From the IMG/VR virus record IMGVR_UViG_2932454522_000002, positions 23,927 through 87,926 of that record: a stretch of DNA of 64,000 bases. The stretch is one strand, 5' to 3'. Below, one piece after another: positions 8,827 to 17,714 of this stretch. This stretch comes from a virus. Its lineage: Duplodnaviria > Caudoviricetes. The stretch's first letter is position 1, and each line of letters begins with the position of its first letter. Position numbers and translations under genes: made by a program. The notes under the pieces are model-generated. The model was not told where the DNA came from. It made no database searches and was given only the letters and a program-made list of their open reading frames with translations.

Positions 8827-9042
8827 ATGAAGCGGCTCATCCGAGGCCTGCTTGTGGCGGCCTTCCTAGTCCTGGTGGCCACGTTTCCGGTCCTTGCGTC
8901 GGCGATCAACGCGACGCTCGGCCTGATCATCGACGGCGCCGTCCAGTTGCTGTCACAGCAGGCGGTGCTCGCCGTGGTCGTCCTGCTGGCCGTCGTCTTC
9001 TACTTCCGTCACCGTCCCGCGCCCGCGAGGAGGGCCGCCTGA
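8827..9042 (+). CDS. small membrane protein
   Basis: AGGAGG RBS; two hydrophobic segments. Confidence 0.65.
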   Translation: MKRLIRGLLVAAFLVLVATFPVLASAINATLGLIIDGAVQLLSQQAVLAVVVLLAVVFYFRHRPAPARRAA

Positions 9043-9245
9043 TGCCGATCACAGTCCGCAAGTCGATCCAGGTCTTCCCTGGCGTCCGACTCAACATCAA
9101 CCGTCGGTCGATCTCTTGGACGTTCGGCTTCAAGGGCGGACCGCACTACACGGCCAGCAGTACAGGCCGCCGCACCACCTCAATGAACCTGCCCGGCGGG
9201 CTCGGCTACCGCCGGACCACGACCCGACGAAGCCGGGGTGAGTGA
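9042..9245 (+). CDS. DUF4236-like basic protein
   Basis: RKSIQVFPGVRLNINRRSISWTFG...LPGGLGYR motif. Confidence 0.75.
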   Translation: MPITVRKSIQVFPGVRLNINRRSISWTFGFKGGPHYTASSTGRRTTSMNLPGGLGYRRTTTRRSRGE

Positions 9246-9246
9246 G

Positions 9247-9435
9247 ATGCGCTGGCTCCTCGACCTGCTGATCGTCGCCCTGCTGTCAGGGCTGAGCCTG
9301 GTCGTGATCCGACTGTCGCTCGACGGGGGCATGGCCAAGCCCGTGGCGATCGGCCTCGGTCTCGTCGTCGCCCTCGCCGCCAACCGCTTCATCCACGCAC
9401 TACTCAACAGCGCGGCCCGCAGCCGCAACACCTGA
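9247..9435 (+). CDS. small membrane protein
   Basis: Two TM helices; operon context. Confidence 0.55.
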   Translation: MRWLLDLLIVALLSGLSLVVIRLSLDGGMAKPVAIGLGLVVALAANRFIHALLNSAARSRNT

Positions 9436-9451
9436 AAGGAAACCGATCACC

Positions 9452-9697
9452 GTGAGCACCGCACAGCAAACCGTCGAGAGCGCGACACCTGCGGCGGAGG
9501 TCAGGCACCACTGGATCATCACCGTCCAGTTCGATCACGGGCGGCAGGTGGCCACCTATGACGGATCCGTCAACGTAGCGCCCGGCGTGCACACGCGCAT
9601 GAGCACGTACACCAACCTCCGTGAGCACATGCAGCAGACCGTCGGCGACGACCGGGTGGTCGTCCTGTTCTTCGACCTCACCCCCGACCAGCTCTAA
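9452..9697 (+). CDS. hypothetical protein
   Basis: AAAGGA RBS; HHWIITVQ...VVLFFDLTPDQL. Confidence 0.65.
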   Translation: MSTAQQTVESATPAAEVRHHWIITVQFDHGRQVATYDGSVNVAPGVHTRMSTYTNLREHMQQTVGDDRVVVLFFDLTPDQL

Positions 9698-9811
9698 CAC
9701 CTGAAGGGAACTGTCATGCGACTCCTGTACGCCGCCGGGATGTTCCTGCCGATCCCGCTCCTGATCATCGCCATCCTCGCTTCCCGCTGAACGAAGGGAC
9801 ACCGAACGACC

Positions 9812-11116
9812 ATGACCGCCACTGCCGCCGAGAAGCAGGTCAACGGAACACCGAAGACCTCGCCTGAGCACCGCTTTGACCCGCGGGCGCTGGCCGAGGC
9901 GGAGGCGATCCGGACCAAGGCTGCCGCCGAAGCCGAGGCTGTGCGCATCAAGGCCGAAGGCGAAGCCGACGCCGCCCGCACCCTTGCCGTCGAGCAGGCC
10001 AAGAAGGACCAGCTCGCCAACGAGCGCAGCAAGATCGCGCTGGAGCGGAAGAAGGTCGACCACGACGCCTACGTCGCCAAGAAGGCCGCTGAGACCGCCA
10101 AGTCGCGTGCCGACAAGGAGAAGGCCGAGAAGGCGGAGGCTGCCCAGGCCGAGCGGGAGGCGCAGCTGGTTGCCGACCGGGAGCGTTCCGAGCGGTACTG
10201 GAAGTGGGGCGCGCGCGGCATCTACATCGTCGGCCTCGCCCTCGCCGGACCGGTGCAGTTCATGCACTTCTGGGACCCCAAGCGGCCGTTCCTCATCGCC
10301 GCCCCCGCCCTCCTCGAAGGCTTCGCGCTGGTCCTCGCGTTCGGTGCAGCGTGGGCCGTCGCGCACCGCCGGGATGTCACCCCCTATCGGATCGGCATCA
10401 TGCTCGGCGCGATCGTCGCCGCCGCCATCAACCTGTACGGCGGCATGTCCGACGAGGAGATCGGCTTCAACGCCGGCCTCATCGGCGCCATCGCATCCAT
10501 CGGCGGCCCGATCGTGCTCATGACCTACGAGCGTGGTGTCGCGCAGAAGGCTGACGGTGAACCCTCCCGGCGGGAGAAGAAGGCCGCCGCGAAGGAGGCT
10601 GCGGCGAAGGCTGCCGCGGACGCGAAGGCGCGGGCCGAGAAGGCGCTCGCTGATGAGAAGGCGGCAGCCGACAAGAAGATCACCGAGGAGCGGGCCGTAG
10701 CCGAGCAGCAGCGGCGTGACGACGATCGCCGCACCGGCCACCCCGAGGTGTGGAAGGTCGCCGACTCCATCCGATCCGCGCGCGGTTCGCAGTACGTCAC
10801 CGAGCAGATTTGGGCCGAAGCCTGGTACCGCGTCACCGGCTTCAAGCAGGTCGGTGTCGACCTTGACATCGACGCTCAGACGCGGGCCGCGGATGCTCGC
10901 GCGAAGACCGCCGAGCAGGCCCCCGTATTGGGATCTTTCTCGCTGGTCGAATCCCAACGACGCCCCGGCGCGAAGAAGGACCCGAACCAGCCCGACGGGC
11001 GCCGCAACAACGGCGGCACGCCCCCCATCCGCAGGGCCGGCGACAGCGAGCCCAACCACCCCATCGCGCGGGCCCAGGCGCGCGCCGAACGGACCACCGA
11101 GAAGGACTCGAAGTGA
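9812..11116 (+). CDS. Spd-like (DUF2637-like) plasmid spreading membrane protein
   Basis: Coiled coil, four TM helices, coiled coil; GTGA-coupled to TraB as in Streptomyces transfer operons. Confidence 0.7.
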   Translation: MTATAAEKQVNGTPKTSPEHRFDPRALAEAEAIRTKAAAEAEAVRIKAEGEADAARTLAVEQAKKDQLANERSKIALERKKVDHDAYVAKKAAETAKSRADKEKAEKAEAAQAEREAQLVADRERSERYWKWGARGIYIVGLALAGPVQFMHFWDPKRPFLIAAPALLEGFALVLAFGAAWAVAHRRDVTPYRIGIMLGAIVAAAINLYGGMSDEEIGFNAGLIGAIASIGGPIVLMTYERGVAQKADGEPSRREKKAAAKEAAAKAAADAKARAEKALADEKAAADKKITEERAVAEQQRRDDDRRTGHPEVWKVADSIRSARGSQYVTEQIWAEAWYRVTGFKQVGVDLDIDAQTRAADARAKTAEQAPVLGSFSLVESQRRPGAKKDPNQPDGRRNNGGTPPIRRAGDSEPNHPIARAQARAERTTEKDSK

Positions 11117-13248
11117 GCATAGAGAGGATGCCGAGTGCGACGCCGGACCCGGAGTGGGAGCGGCTAGTCGCGGACCTCCGCAACGACCCCGACGCCGAGC
11201 CCGCCCTCGCATCCGCCCGCCCGGCTGCGGTCGCCAAGTCGGCGGTCGCGGACCCGATGGGTGACGCGCCGCTCCGCCCCGCCTGGTCGCGAACTGCCGA
11301 CGGATGGAAGGCCCGCACCACGGTTGGCCGCGTCAACAACGTCCGCCGGTTCCGCAAGTGGGTGCGCCGCCAGCGCACCGAGCACGGGCACGGCGCCCAG
11401 ACGTACCGCGGGCTGCGGCGGGCCATCGTGTGGGTGCAGGGCACCGAAGGCGCACAGGTCACCACAGCGCGGCACGAACTGCTGCAGACGCAGCGGGACT
11501 ACAAGTCCGCGAAACGGGCGCACGATCGACGGCTGCTGCCAGGCAAGGAGAAGGACGCGCGGCGCCGGAACATGGAGGACGCGTTTGACCACTCGCTCAA
11601 GGCGATGGGCAAGTACAAGTCCGCCCACCGTGACGCTCGACTGCGCCGACTCTGGCGCGGGGCCCTCGCCCTCACACCGGTCGCCGGCGCCGAAGGGGCT
11701 GGCATGTACTTCCTCGGCGGCACCGGCGGGCTCCTCGCCACCGGATCGACGGCGCTCGCCCTGGCCCTCATCGGCCGCCGTACCACCGCGGGCGAGCTGT
11801 ACGCCGACCAGGACGCGAAGATCGGCAACGGGGACCGGATGACCGACAGCATGGTCAACCGCGTCTACCGCAGCGCCAAGGTTATCGCCGCGGACGACGA
11901 GGTGAAGCTGCTGTCGCCGTGCACGCTCACCGCCGACGGTTCCGCCTGGGAAGTGCGCCTCGAGCTGCCCGACGGCATCCCCGCCTCCAAGGCCCTGGGT
12001 GCGACCGCCCAGCTGGCCAACGGGTTCGGCGTCAGCGTTCAGCAGGTGTCCCAGGTCAAGGGGGCCCGCGAGGACTGGCTGACCCTGCGCGTCACCCTCA
12101 AGGTCCCGTTCACTGGCGAGGCCCACAAGGGGCCGCTCCTGACTGCAGGCGAGGTCAGTCTGTGGGACCCCGCCCCGATGGCGGTGTCCGAGCGAGGCGA
12201 CATCGTGGCCGTGGAGTGGTTCGAGAAGACCGCCCTGTTCGGCGGAGAGCCAGGCAGCGGGAAATCGGCGGCGGCTAACAATCCGCTGCTGCTGGCGGCC
12301 CTCGACGTGCGCGCCGACCTGTATCTGGGTGACGGCAAGGGCGGCTTCGATGCGACGCCGTTCGAGCCGATCGCCCAGATGATCGACACCGCGGGAGACC
12401 CAGCGGCGCTGCTCGCCATCCTCCGACACGTATGGGAGGACGTCCTGCCCGGACTGAAGCAGGTGGTCAAGGACCACCGGGTCCGCAAGTTCTCCCGCGC
12501 GCTGGCCGCCGAGGACGAGCGAGTCCGCTGGACGGTCCTGTTCATCGACGAGTGGGCGTCCTACATGGCTGCCGCCACCCAGGAGCAGCAGAAGGAGCTG
12601 GAGAGGCTCCTGCGGCTGATCACGCAGCAGAGTCGCGCCTACGCGGGTCTCGTCATCGCGGCCACGCAGAAGCCCGACTCCAACGCCGTCCCCACCGGCA
12701 TCCGCGACATCCTCTCCACCCGCTGGGCCGGGCGCTGCATGACTCCCGAGGCGTCCGACACGATCCTCGGCAAGGGGCGGGCCTCCGCCGGCTACAACGC
12801 GCAGCGGATCCTCAAGTCGCAGCGCGGCGTGGGCTATCTGCAGACCGGCGAGACGTCGGAGCCCGTCCTCACGCAGTCGTTCTTCTACGACGATGACGAG
12901 GTTGAGGCGATCCTCCGGCGGGCCTACAACCTGCGCGCCGCGGCTGGTGTGCTGCCGGTCGCAGTCGAGCAGAAGGTGACGATCCTCGATCACATGATCA
13001 AGGCGGCTTCCGCGACCGGCCGCGGGGTCGCCACCCGGGCTGAACTGTTCGCTCACCTTGCCGCCGTCGACTCGGAGTACGCGCGGCCTGACGGGGAGAG
13101 TGACGCCGCCTACAACGCTCGCGTCGGCCGTCTGCTCGCCGCGGCCATGACCGACGAAGGCATCGACGTGGAGGCGGTCAAGGTCTCCACCGGCGACGGC
13201 GGCCGGTCGATGGGGTATCGCCTCGAAGACCTCAACGACGCCCGATAG
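11113..13248 (+). CDS. TraB-type FtsK/SpoIIIE DNA translocase
   Basis: TM segment, Walker A GGEPGSGKS, YLGDGKGG, Walker B VLFIDE, ATQKP and a C-terminal wHTH-like region. Confidence 0.85.
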   Translation: MSIERMPSATPDPEWERLVADLRNDPDAEPALASARPAAVAKSAVADPMGDAPLRPAWSRTADGWKARTTVGRVNNVRRFRKWVRRQRTEHGHGAQTYRGLRRAIVWVQGTEGAQVTTARHELLQTQRDYKSAKRAHDRRLLPGKEKDARRRNMEDAFDHSLKAMGKYKSAHRDARLRRLWRGALALTPVAGAEGAGMYFLGGTGGLLATGSTALALALIGRRTTAGELYADQDAKIGNGDRMTDSMVNRVYRSAKVIAADDEVKLLSPCTLTADGSAWEVRLELPDGIPASKALGATAQLANGFGVSVQQVSQVKGAREDWLTLRVTLKVPFTGEAHKGPLLTAGEVSLWDPAPMAVSERGDIVAVEWFEKTALFGGEPGSGKSAAANNPLLLAALDVRADLYLGDGKGGFDATPFEPIAQMIDTAGDPAALLAILRHVWEDVLPGLKQVVKDHRVRKFSRALAAEDERVRWTVLFIDEWASYMAAATQEQQKELERLLRLITQQSRAYAGLVIAATQKPDSNAVPTGIRDILSTRWAGRCMTPEASDTILGKGRASAGYNAQRILKSQRGVGYLQTGETSEPVLTQSFFYDDDEVEAILRRAYNLRAAAGVLPVAVEQKVTILDHMIKAASATGRGVATRAELFAHLAAVDSEYARPDGESDAAYNARVGRLLAAAMTDEGIDVEAVKVSTGDGGRSMGYRLEDLNDAR

Positions 13249-13257
13249 ATCCCGCTT

Positions 13258-13410
13258 TGACCCTGGACAACAGCCTGGACAGAGCCTGGACCGGCCTGGA
13301 CAGGAAGGGGCTGACCCTGGACACCTCGTCCAGGGTCAATCCAGAGGAGTCCACTCTCCGTCCAGGCTCCCACATGCACAAACGCGCCCGTGTCCACGCT
13401 CTGTCCAGGC
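13258..13410. repeat. clt-like locus of CCTGGAC(A) repeats
   Basis: Direct copies at 13262, 13274, 13285, 13295, 13316; inverted copies (GTCCAGG) at 13328, 13360, 13403; immediately after the TraB stop. Confidence 0.75.
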
Positions 13411-13440
13411 AATAACGACACCCAACCCGAAGGAGAACCC

Positions 13441-13614
13441 ATGGAGATCCACAAAGACGGCACCACTGCCGGAGACCTCACCGCCATCTACGGCATCGGC
13501 ATCGTCGCCATGCTGCGCGGCGGCAAGCTCACCACCAAGCAGAAGCGCCGCCTCGAACGACGCCGCGACGCCATCGAGGCCCGCGGACGCGCCAACCGCA
13601 ACAGCCGGAGCTGA
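13441..13614 (+). CDS. small basic protein
   Basis: AAGGAG RBS. Confidence 0.6.
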   Translation: MEIHKDGTTAGDLTAIYGIGIVAMLRGGKLTTKQKRRLERRRDAIEARGRANRNSRS

Positions 13615-13735
13615 ATCCCAGGAGGGACACCCATGCAGGACATCAGCAACCTGATCACCGACCCCCAGCCGGCCACCGGGACCCCCGACGCCGAGCCCGT
13701 ACTCCAGCCTGCCGCCTGAGACCGAGAGGACCGTC

Positions 13736-14296
13736 ATGACCACGCCGCCGTCCAGGCCGCACCCGACCGACAACCTCGCGGCCGGGCAGCGGCAAGTATC
13801 ACCGCAGACACAGCAGATGATCGACGAGGTCGAGGGGGTCTACAGCACTCCTGATCCCGTCGTTGATGCCAACGTCGACCAGTCGATGAGGCGGGCCAAG
13901 GAGGAGGGCGTCAGCCCTCTCGCCGTCATCGGCAGCACGCCCGCCGTCGACCAGCCGGGCCGCCCCTCGATGAGCCAGAAGGGTGTCGACGACAGCGTCC
14001 GGATGCTGTGCGCCTCTGTGCTCGCTGTCGCCGTCGGCGGCGCCGTCTCCGGAGCCCTCTACTTCTCCGGCAAGGCGGACCCCGTCGTCGTCGGCCTCAT
14101 CGCCGCCACGCCGCCCGCGACGTTCCTCTCTATCCGGAGCGTCGTAAAGAGTGCCAAGCGCCTCATCCCTGACCAGCACACCCACCGCTACGAAGGTCCC
14201 GTGATCCAGGACAACCGACAGGACCACAGCACCCAAGAGATCAAGACCAAAGGCATCTGGACCAAGGTCACCAACAATCCGAAGGGGAAGCCATGA
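13736..14296 (+). CDS. two-TM Spd-like protein
   Basis: GAGAGGA RBS; two TM helices then HTHRYEGPV.QDNR. Confidence 0.65.
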   Translation: MTTPPSRPHPTDNLAAGQRQVSPQTQQMIDEVEGVYSTPDPVVDANVDQSMRRAKEEGVSPLAVIGSTPAVDQPGRPSMSQKGVDDSVRMLCASVLAVAVGGAVSGALYFSGKADPVVVGLIAATPPATFLSIRSVVKSAKRLIPDQHTHRYEGPVIQDNRQDHSTQEIKTKGIWTKVTNNPKGKP

Positions 14297-14535
14297 CCAT
14301 CACCACGACCACGCCCACCCTGGCGGAACCGACCGAGGATGCCGCCCGCCTGGTCGCCCCGAAGCGCCTCGCCACCGCGGTCGCGGCCACGACGGCGGCC
14401 CTCGGCGCAGTCGCCGGCGCCACCATCGCGACCGGGGCGCCCACCACCGTCGTCGCAGCTGCGGCCGGCGTGCTGGCCTTCGGAGGCGGGGCGGTCGCCA
14501 TGGCCGTCCGGCAGCCGGTGAAGGCCGAGCAGTGA
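14293..14535 (+). CDS. small hydrophobic membrane protein
   Basis: ATGA overlap; Ala/Val-rich TM segments. Confidence 0.6.
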   Translation: MTITTTTPTLAEPTEDAARLVAPKRLATAVAATTAALGAVAGATIATGAPTTVVAAAAGVLAFGGGAVAMAVRQPVKAEQ

Positions 14536-14741
14536 CCGCCCTGACCCTGCACACCCGCCGCCTGGTCGGCGACATCGACACCCCGCATCCGCCGCGATGG
14601 CAGGCCCGCCTGGAAGACGAGGGCGGCGCCGTCCGCTACCAGTCCCGCCAGTGGGACTTCGAGCAGGACGCGATCGACGAGGTGTACCGGCAGCAGGCCG
14701 ACCCCGGGAGTATCTCGGACGACCTCCGCATCCACGACTGA
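14532..14741 (+). CDS. hypothetical protein
   Basis: GTGA overlap. Confidence 0.55.
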   Translation: MTALTLHTRRLVGDIDTPHPPRWQARLEDEGGAVRYQSRQWDFEQDAIDEVYRQQADPGSISDDLRIHD

Positions 14742-14762
14742 CCACGGAAGGGCACCGCGAAC

Positions 14763-15011
14763 ATGATCGACAGGTACCCGACAACCGGCGGCGCGACCGT
14801 CGACATCACCTACACGCCCCACAGCGGCGCCCTCTACGCCGACTGCACCGGCACGGACTGCGGCTGGTCCGAGCGGACCGGCACAGGGGGTCTGCCCACC
14901 GATCCGCCCGAGAAGGAGGACTACCTCGTAGAGAAGTCACTACCCGAGAGTCGGACATGGGCGCGTGACCACGCTGCCACCTGCAACGCCAAACCCCACA
15001 CCCAGCGATAG
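14763..15011 (+). CDS. small Zn-binding-like protein
   Basis: RYPTTGGATV...CTGTDCG...WARDHAATC. Confidence 0.65.
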   Translation: MIDRYPTTGGATVDITYTPHSGALYADCTGTDCGWSERTGTGGLPTDPPEKEDYLVEKSLPESRTWARDHAATCNAKPHTQR

Positions 15012-15029
15012 ATCACTAAGGAGATCAGC

Positions 15030-15281
15030 ATGCGTTCAGAACCCACCATCTACGGCATGGAACTCGACCTCGCCATGGAGATCGAGGACGGCGTACCCGA
15101 CTGCTGCTACGGCCCGATGGACAAGCAGCCCGACCACAAGTGCACCTGCTGCACACACGAAGAGACCGACGGAGACGGCACCGGTGTCCACCTCGTGTAC
15201 GAGTGCGACGACTGCGGAAACGTCGTCGAGGTCGACGGGCTGGGGCTCGTCTTCGACATTCGGGAGAAGGCTGCCGCCTGA
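15030..15281 (+). CDS. Zn-ribbon-like protein
   Basis: TAAGGAG RBS; CC, CTCC and CDDC motifs. Confidence 0.65.
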   Translation: MRSEPTIYGMELDLAMEIEDGVPDCCYGPMDKQPDHKCTCCTHEETDGDGTGVHLVYECDDCGNVVEVDGLGLVFDIREKAAA

Positions 15282-15296
15282 ACTACCCGCTCACGC

Positions 15297-15485
15297 CTAG
15301 GCCCCGGCCGCCTCGTCGGCAGTCGGGGCCTTCGTCATGGGTACGGCGCGTGCGACCCATCCGCGCCCGGCCGAGTCGGTGGGCACTGTGGCGGGCTGCA
15401 GCTGCATCCGCTCGCATAACAAGCGGAGTTGCGCCTGGCAGGCCGCACGGGTTCCGGCCCGCACCATGAACACGATCTCGTCCAT
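15297..15485 (-). CDS. small hypothetical protein
   Basis: MDEIVFMVRAGTRAACQAQLRLLC...GRGWVARA, the C-terminal part of a longer track ORF. Confidence 0.5.
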   Translation of the reverse strand: MDEIVFMVRAGTRAACQAQLRLLCERMQLQPATVPTDSAGRGWVARAVPMTKAPTADEAAGA

Positions 15486-15534
15486 GACTGAAGTGTGACG
15501 TGGCAGGTGGAGGAGCGGGGCGGGAACCGGGGGA

Positions 15535-15762
15535 TTAGGCGTCGTCCGCCTGGCCCTTGAGGTCGGTCCGCGCGCCTTGGCCGGGCCGCTCGAAGCCGAT
15601 GATCGTGGCTGGCCGCCAGAGCGGGGTGCGCCCGTAGACGTGGTCAGGCTCGGGGAGTTCGCCGCGCTTGCGTGACCGGTAGGAACGGACGGTCCCCACC
15701 TTGACGCCCCAGTGCTCGGCGATCTCGGCGATGGTCCAGTACTCGTCGTTCGGGTCGGCCAC
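15535..15762 (-). CDS. AlpA/Xis-like HTH regulator
   Basis: WTIAEIAEHWGVKVGTVRSY...LPEPD..GRTPLW...RPGQGARTDL; AAAGGAG RBS. Confidence 0.8.
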   Translation of the reverse strand: MADPNDEYWTIAEIAEHWGVKVGTVRSYRSRKRGELPEPDHVYGRTPLWRPATIIGFERPGQGARTDLKGQADDA

Positions 15763-15771
15763 CCTCGCTCC

Positions 15772-15882
15772 TTTGTCATCTTGACGTCGACAAAGTCTAG
15801 CGGCCCACCACTCTTCCAACCTTGCTGCATCCATGTTGACAAGGTTCCCGCGTGCGCCCTAACCTTGTCAATGTCAGCAAGG
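15772..15882 (+). promoter_or_regulatory. divergent control region: TTGACA-18-TAACCT promoter within inverted repeats
   Basis: TTGACA 15836-41 and TAACCT 15860-65; TTGACAAGGTT/AACCTTGTCAA inverted repeat; related CTTTGTC/GACAAAG and CTTGCTG/CAGCAAG sites. Confidence 0.7.
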
Positions 15883-15917
15883 CGAAGTTGTCGCCAAGAA
15901 ATGGCAGGAGAGACGCC

Positions 15918-16238
15918 GTGAACACCGAGACCCACATCGACTGGACGAACGTCGTCAACTTCGACAACCACGGCAGCTTCTGGGGCTACGACACGGTCGA
16001 GGACGCCGAGATCGACATCGAGCAGGCCGAGATCGTCGGCCAGGACGTCGACGAGTGGAACGTCAGCGACCGCAACGGCCTCCCGCTGCGCATCGTCAGG
16101 ATCGCCGACCCCGAGTTCCTCGACACCATCTGCGTCTTCCCTGCCGAATGCCCCCTCTGCGGTGCGCCCGTCACGTCGCTCAAGTGGATCTCCGACGAGC
16201 ACCACGCGAAGTGCCCCCGCCGCGACCCGCGCTTCTAG
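15918..16238 (+). CDS. hypothetical phage protein
   Basis: AGGAG RBS; C-terminal CPLC. Confidence 0.65.
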   Translation: MNTETHIDWTNVVNFDNHGSFWGYDTVEDAEIDIEQAEIVGQDVDEWNVSDRNGLPLRIVRIADPEFLDTICVFPAECPLCGAPVTSLKWISDEHHAKCPRRDPRF

Positions 16239-16309
16239 ACCCACCCCAGGGCCCGGCCACCTCGGCCGGGCCCGCCGAACCGCCGCACATCCGCACCCAG
16301 GGGGAACCG

Positions 16310-16648
16310 TTGAACGCCAAGCTCCGCACCCGCCGCGCCACCGTGAAATCCCGCGCCACCGCCACCCGCGCGGCCCGGCGCATAGCCCGCCACGGTGTCG
16401 GCAGTCTCGCGACGCACTGCCTCGCCGTCGGACTCACCCACCGACAGGCCGCCAGCGTCGCCGGAACCCTCCGCAAGAAGACCGAGGAAGCCGGCGTCAC
16501 CGGCATCACAGGCCGCGCGTTCCGGAAGGGCGAGAACCGGCCCTGCACCCGCTACACCCGAGCCCAGGTCGCGCTGATCGTCACGGTCTACCGCCCCCGC
16601 AAGCCCGCCTACCGCCTCGCCGCCAACAAGCTCGGCCTCGCCGCGTGA
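16310..16648 (+). CDS. basic hypothetical phage protein
   Basis: TTG start with AGGGGG RBS; YRPRKPAY motif. Confidence 0.65.
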   Translation: MNAKLRTRRATVKSRATATRAARRIARHGVGSLATHCLAVGLTHRQAASVAGTLRKKTEEAGVTGITGRAFRKGENRPCTRYTRAQVALIVTVYRPRKPAYRLAANKLGLAA

Positions 16649-16659
16649 AGGAGACCGCC

Positions 16660-16938
16660 ATGCAGGAGATCGACATCCGTCAGCAGGAGCCGCAGGGTCC
16701 GATCGTCTGGGTGCTGTCCCAGGGCGAGGACCACGAGGGCGGCTACGTCCTCGGCGTCTACGCCAGCAAAGAAGCCGCCAAGGGCCCGTTCCTCAAGGCC
16801 GCGACGGACATCCCGTTCGACCTCGACAACGCCTGGCAGGACGACAACGGCGCGGTCAACGCGCACGGGGGCTGCGACTGGGTCTCCCTGGAGCCGCACA
16901 CGCTGGTCACGCAGGTGCAGATCGGAGGCGCGCCGTGA
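16660..16938 (+). CDS. hypothetical phage protein
   Basis: AAGGAG RBS; VWVLSQGEDHEGGYVLGVYASKEAA. Confidence 0.7.
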   Translation: MQEIDIRQQEPQGPIVWVLSQGEDHEGGYVLGVYASKEAAKGPFLKAATDIPFDLDNAWQDDNGAVNAHGGCDWVSLEPHTLVTQVQIGGAP

Positions 16939-17204
16939 TCGCCGTCCCGCGCACCAGCATCCCGATCCCTGACGGTCTCGCCTCCCGGATCGCCTCCCGC
17001 TACCCGGAGCCCGTGCTCGCCGCGATCGCCGCCGCCTCCGACGCCGTCTACCGGCTCGACCTGTGCCTCAAGCCGCGCTACGAGGAAGGCCGCCAGCTCG
17101 CACTGGCCGACCTCGCCCGCGCCAACAAGACCCTCGCCGCCTACAACCCGCGCATCACCTACGGGCCCAGCGACCTGCCCCGGCAGTGCCAGAAGGAGTT
17201 CTGA
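16935..17204 (+). CDS. hypothetical phage protein
   Basis: GTGA overlap; GGAGG RBS. Confidence 0.6.
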   Translation: MIAVPRTSIPIPDGLASRIASRYPEPVLAAIAAASDAVYRLDLCLKPRYEEGRQLALADLARANKTLAAYNPRITYGPSDLPRQCQKEF

Positions 17205-17602
17205 TGGGATACAACACCAGCGTCACCGGAGAGCTGAAGATCGAACCGCCGCTCACCTACAGCGAGTTCAAGGACACCCCGTTCTTCTCCGGTGGCCCCG
17301 CCGACGACATCAACTACGACGTCCGCCTCCACGTCGACGAAGAGACCGTCGAGACTCCGGACGGCCCCCTCGTCCGCATGAGCGCCTCCGCTCTCGTGCC
17401 CCGCTGGGACGACTCGTTCAAGGCCTACCACCTGATCAAGCACGTACAGGCCGCCATCGATGCGTTCCCCGGGCACACGGTCACCGGGCGCCTGGACTGC
17501 GAGGGCGAGGAGAACGCCGACATGTGGCGCGTCGTCATCCGAGACGGCCGGGCCGTAAAGATCACGCCCCGCCTCGTCTGGCCCGACGAGGGCGAGGAGT
17601 GA
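17204..17602 (+). CDS. DUF6205-like phage protein
   Basis: MGYNTSVTGELKIEPPL...GRLDCEGEE..DMWRVVIRDG. Confidence 0.7.
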   Translation: MGYNTSVTGELKIEPPLTYSEFKDTPFFSGGPADDINYDVRLHVDEETVETPDGPLVRMSASALVPRWDDSFKAYHLIKHVQAAIDAFPGHTVTGRLDCEGEENADMWRVVIRDGRAVKITPRLVWPDEGEE

Positions 17603-17714
17603 CCGCCCCAACCACGCCTGAGCCTGCGCCCGTTGAGCCCCGGGCGTGGGGCTGGTGGGAAGAGACCGCCGAGGAAGCCGGAATGGCCGACCGCCGATAT
17701 TGGAATGAGGACTG

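Noticed and set aside
13258-13410. CRISPR array
   Set aside because: Repeats are 7-8 bp with very short gaps, and no cas genes are present
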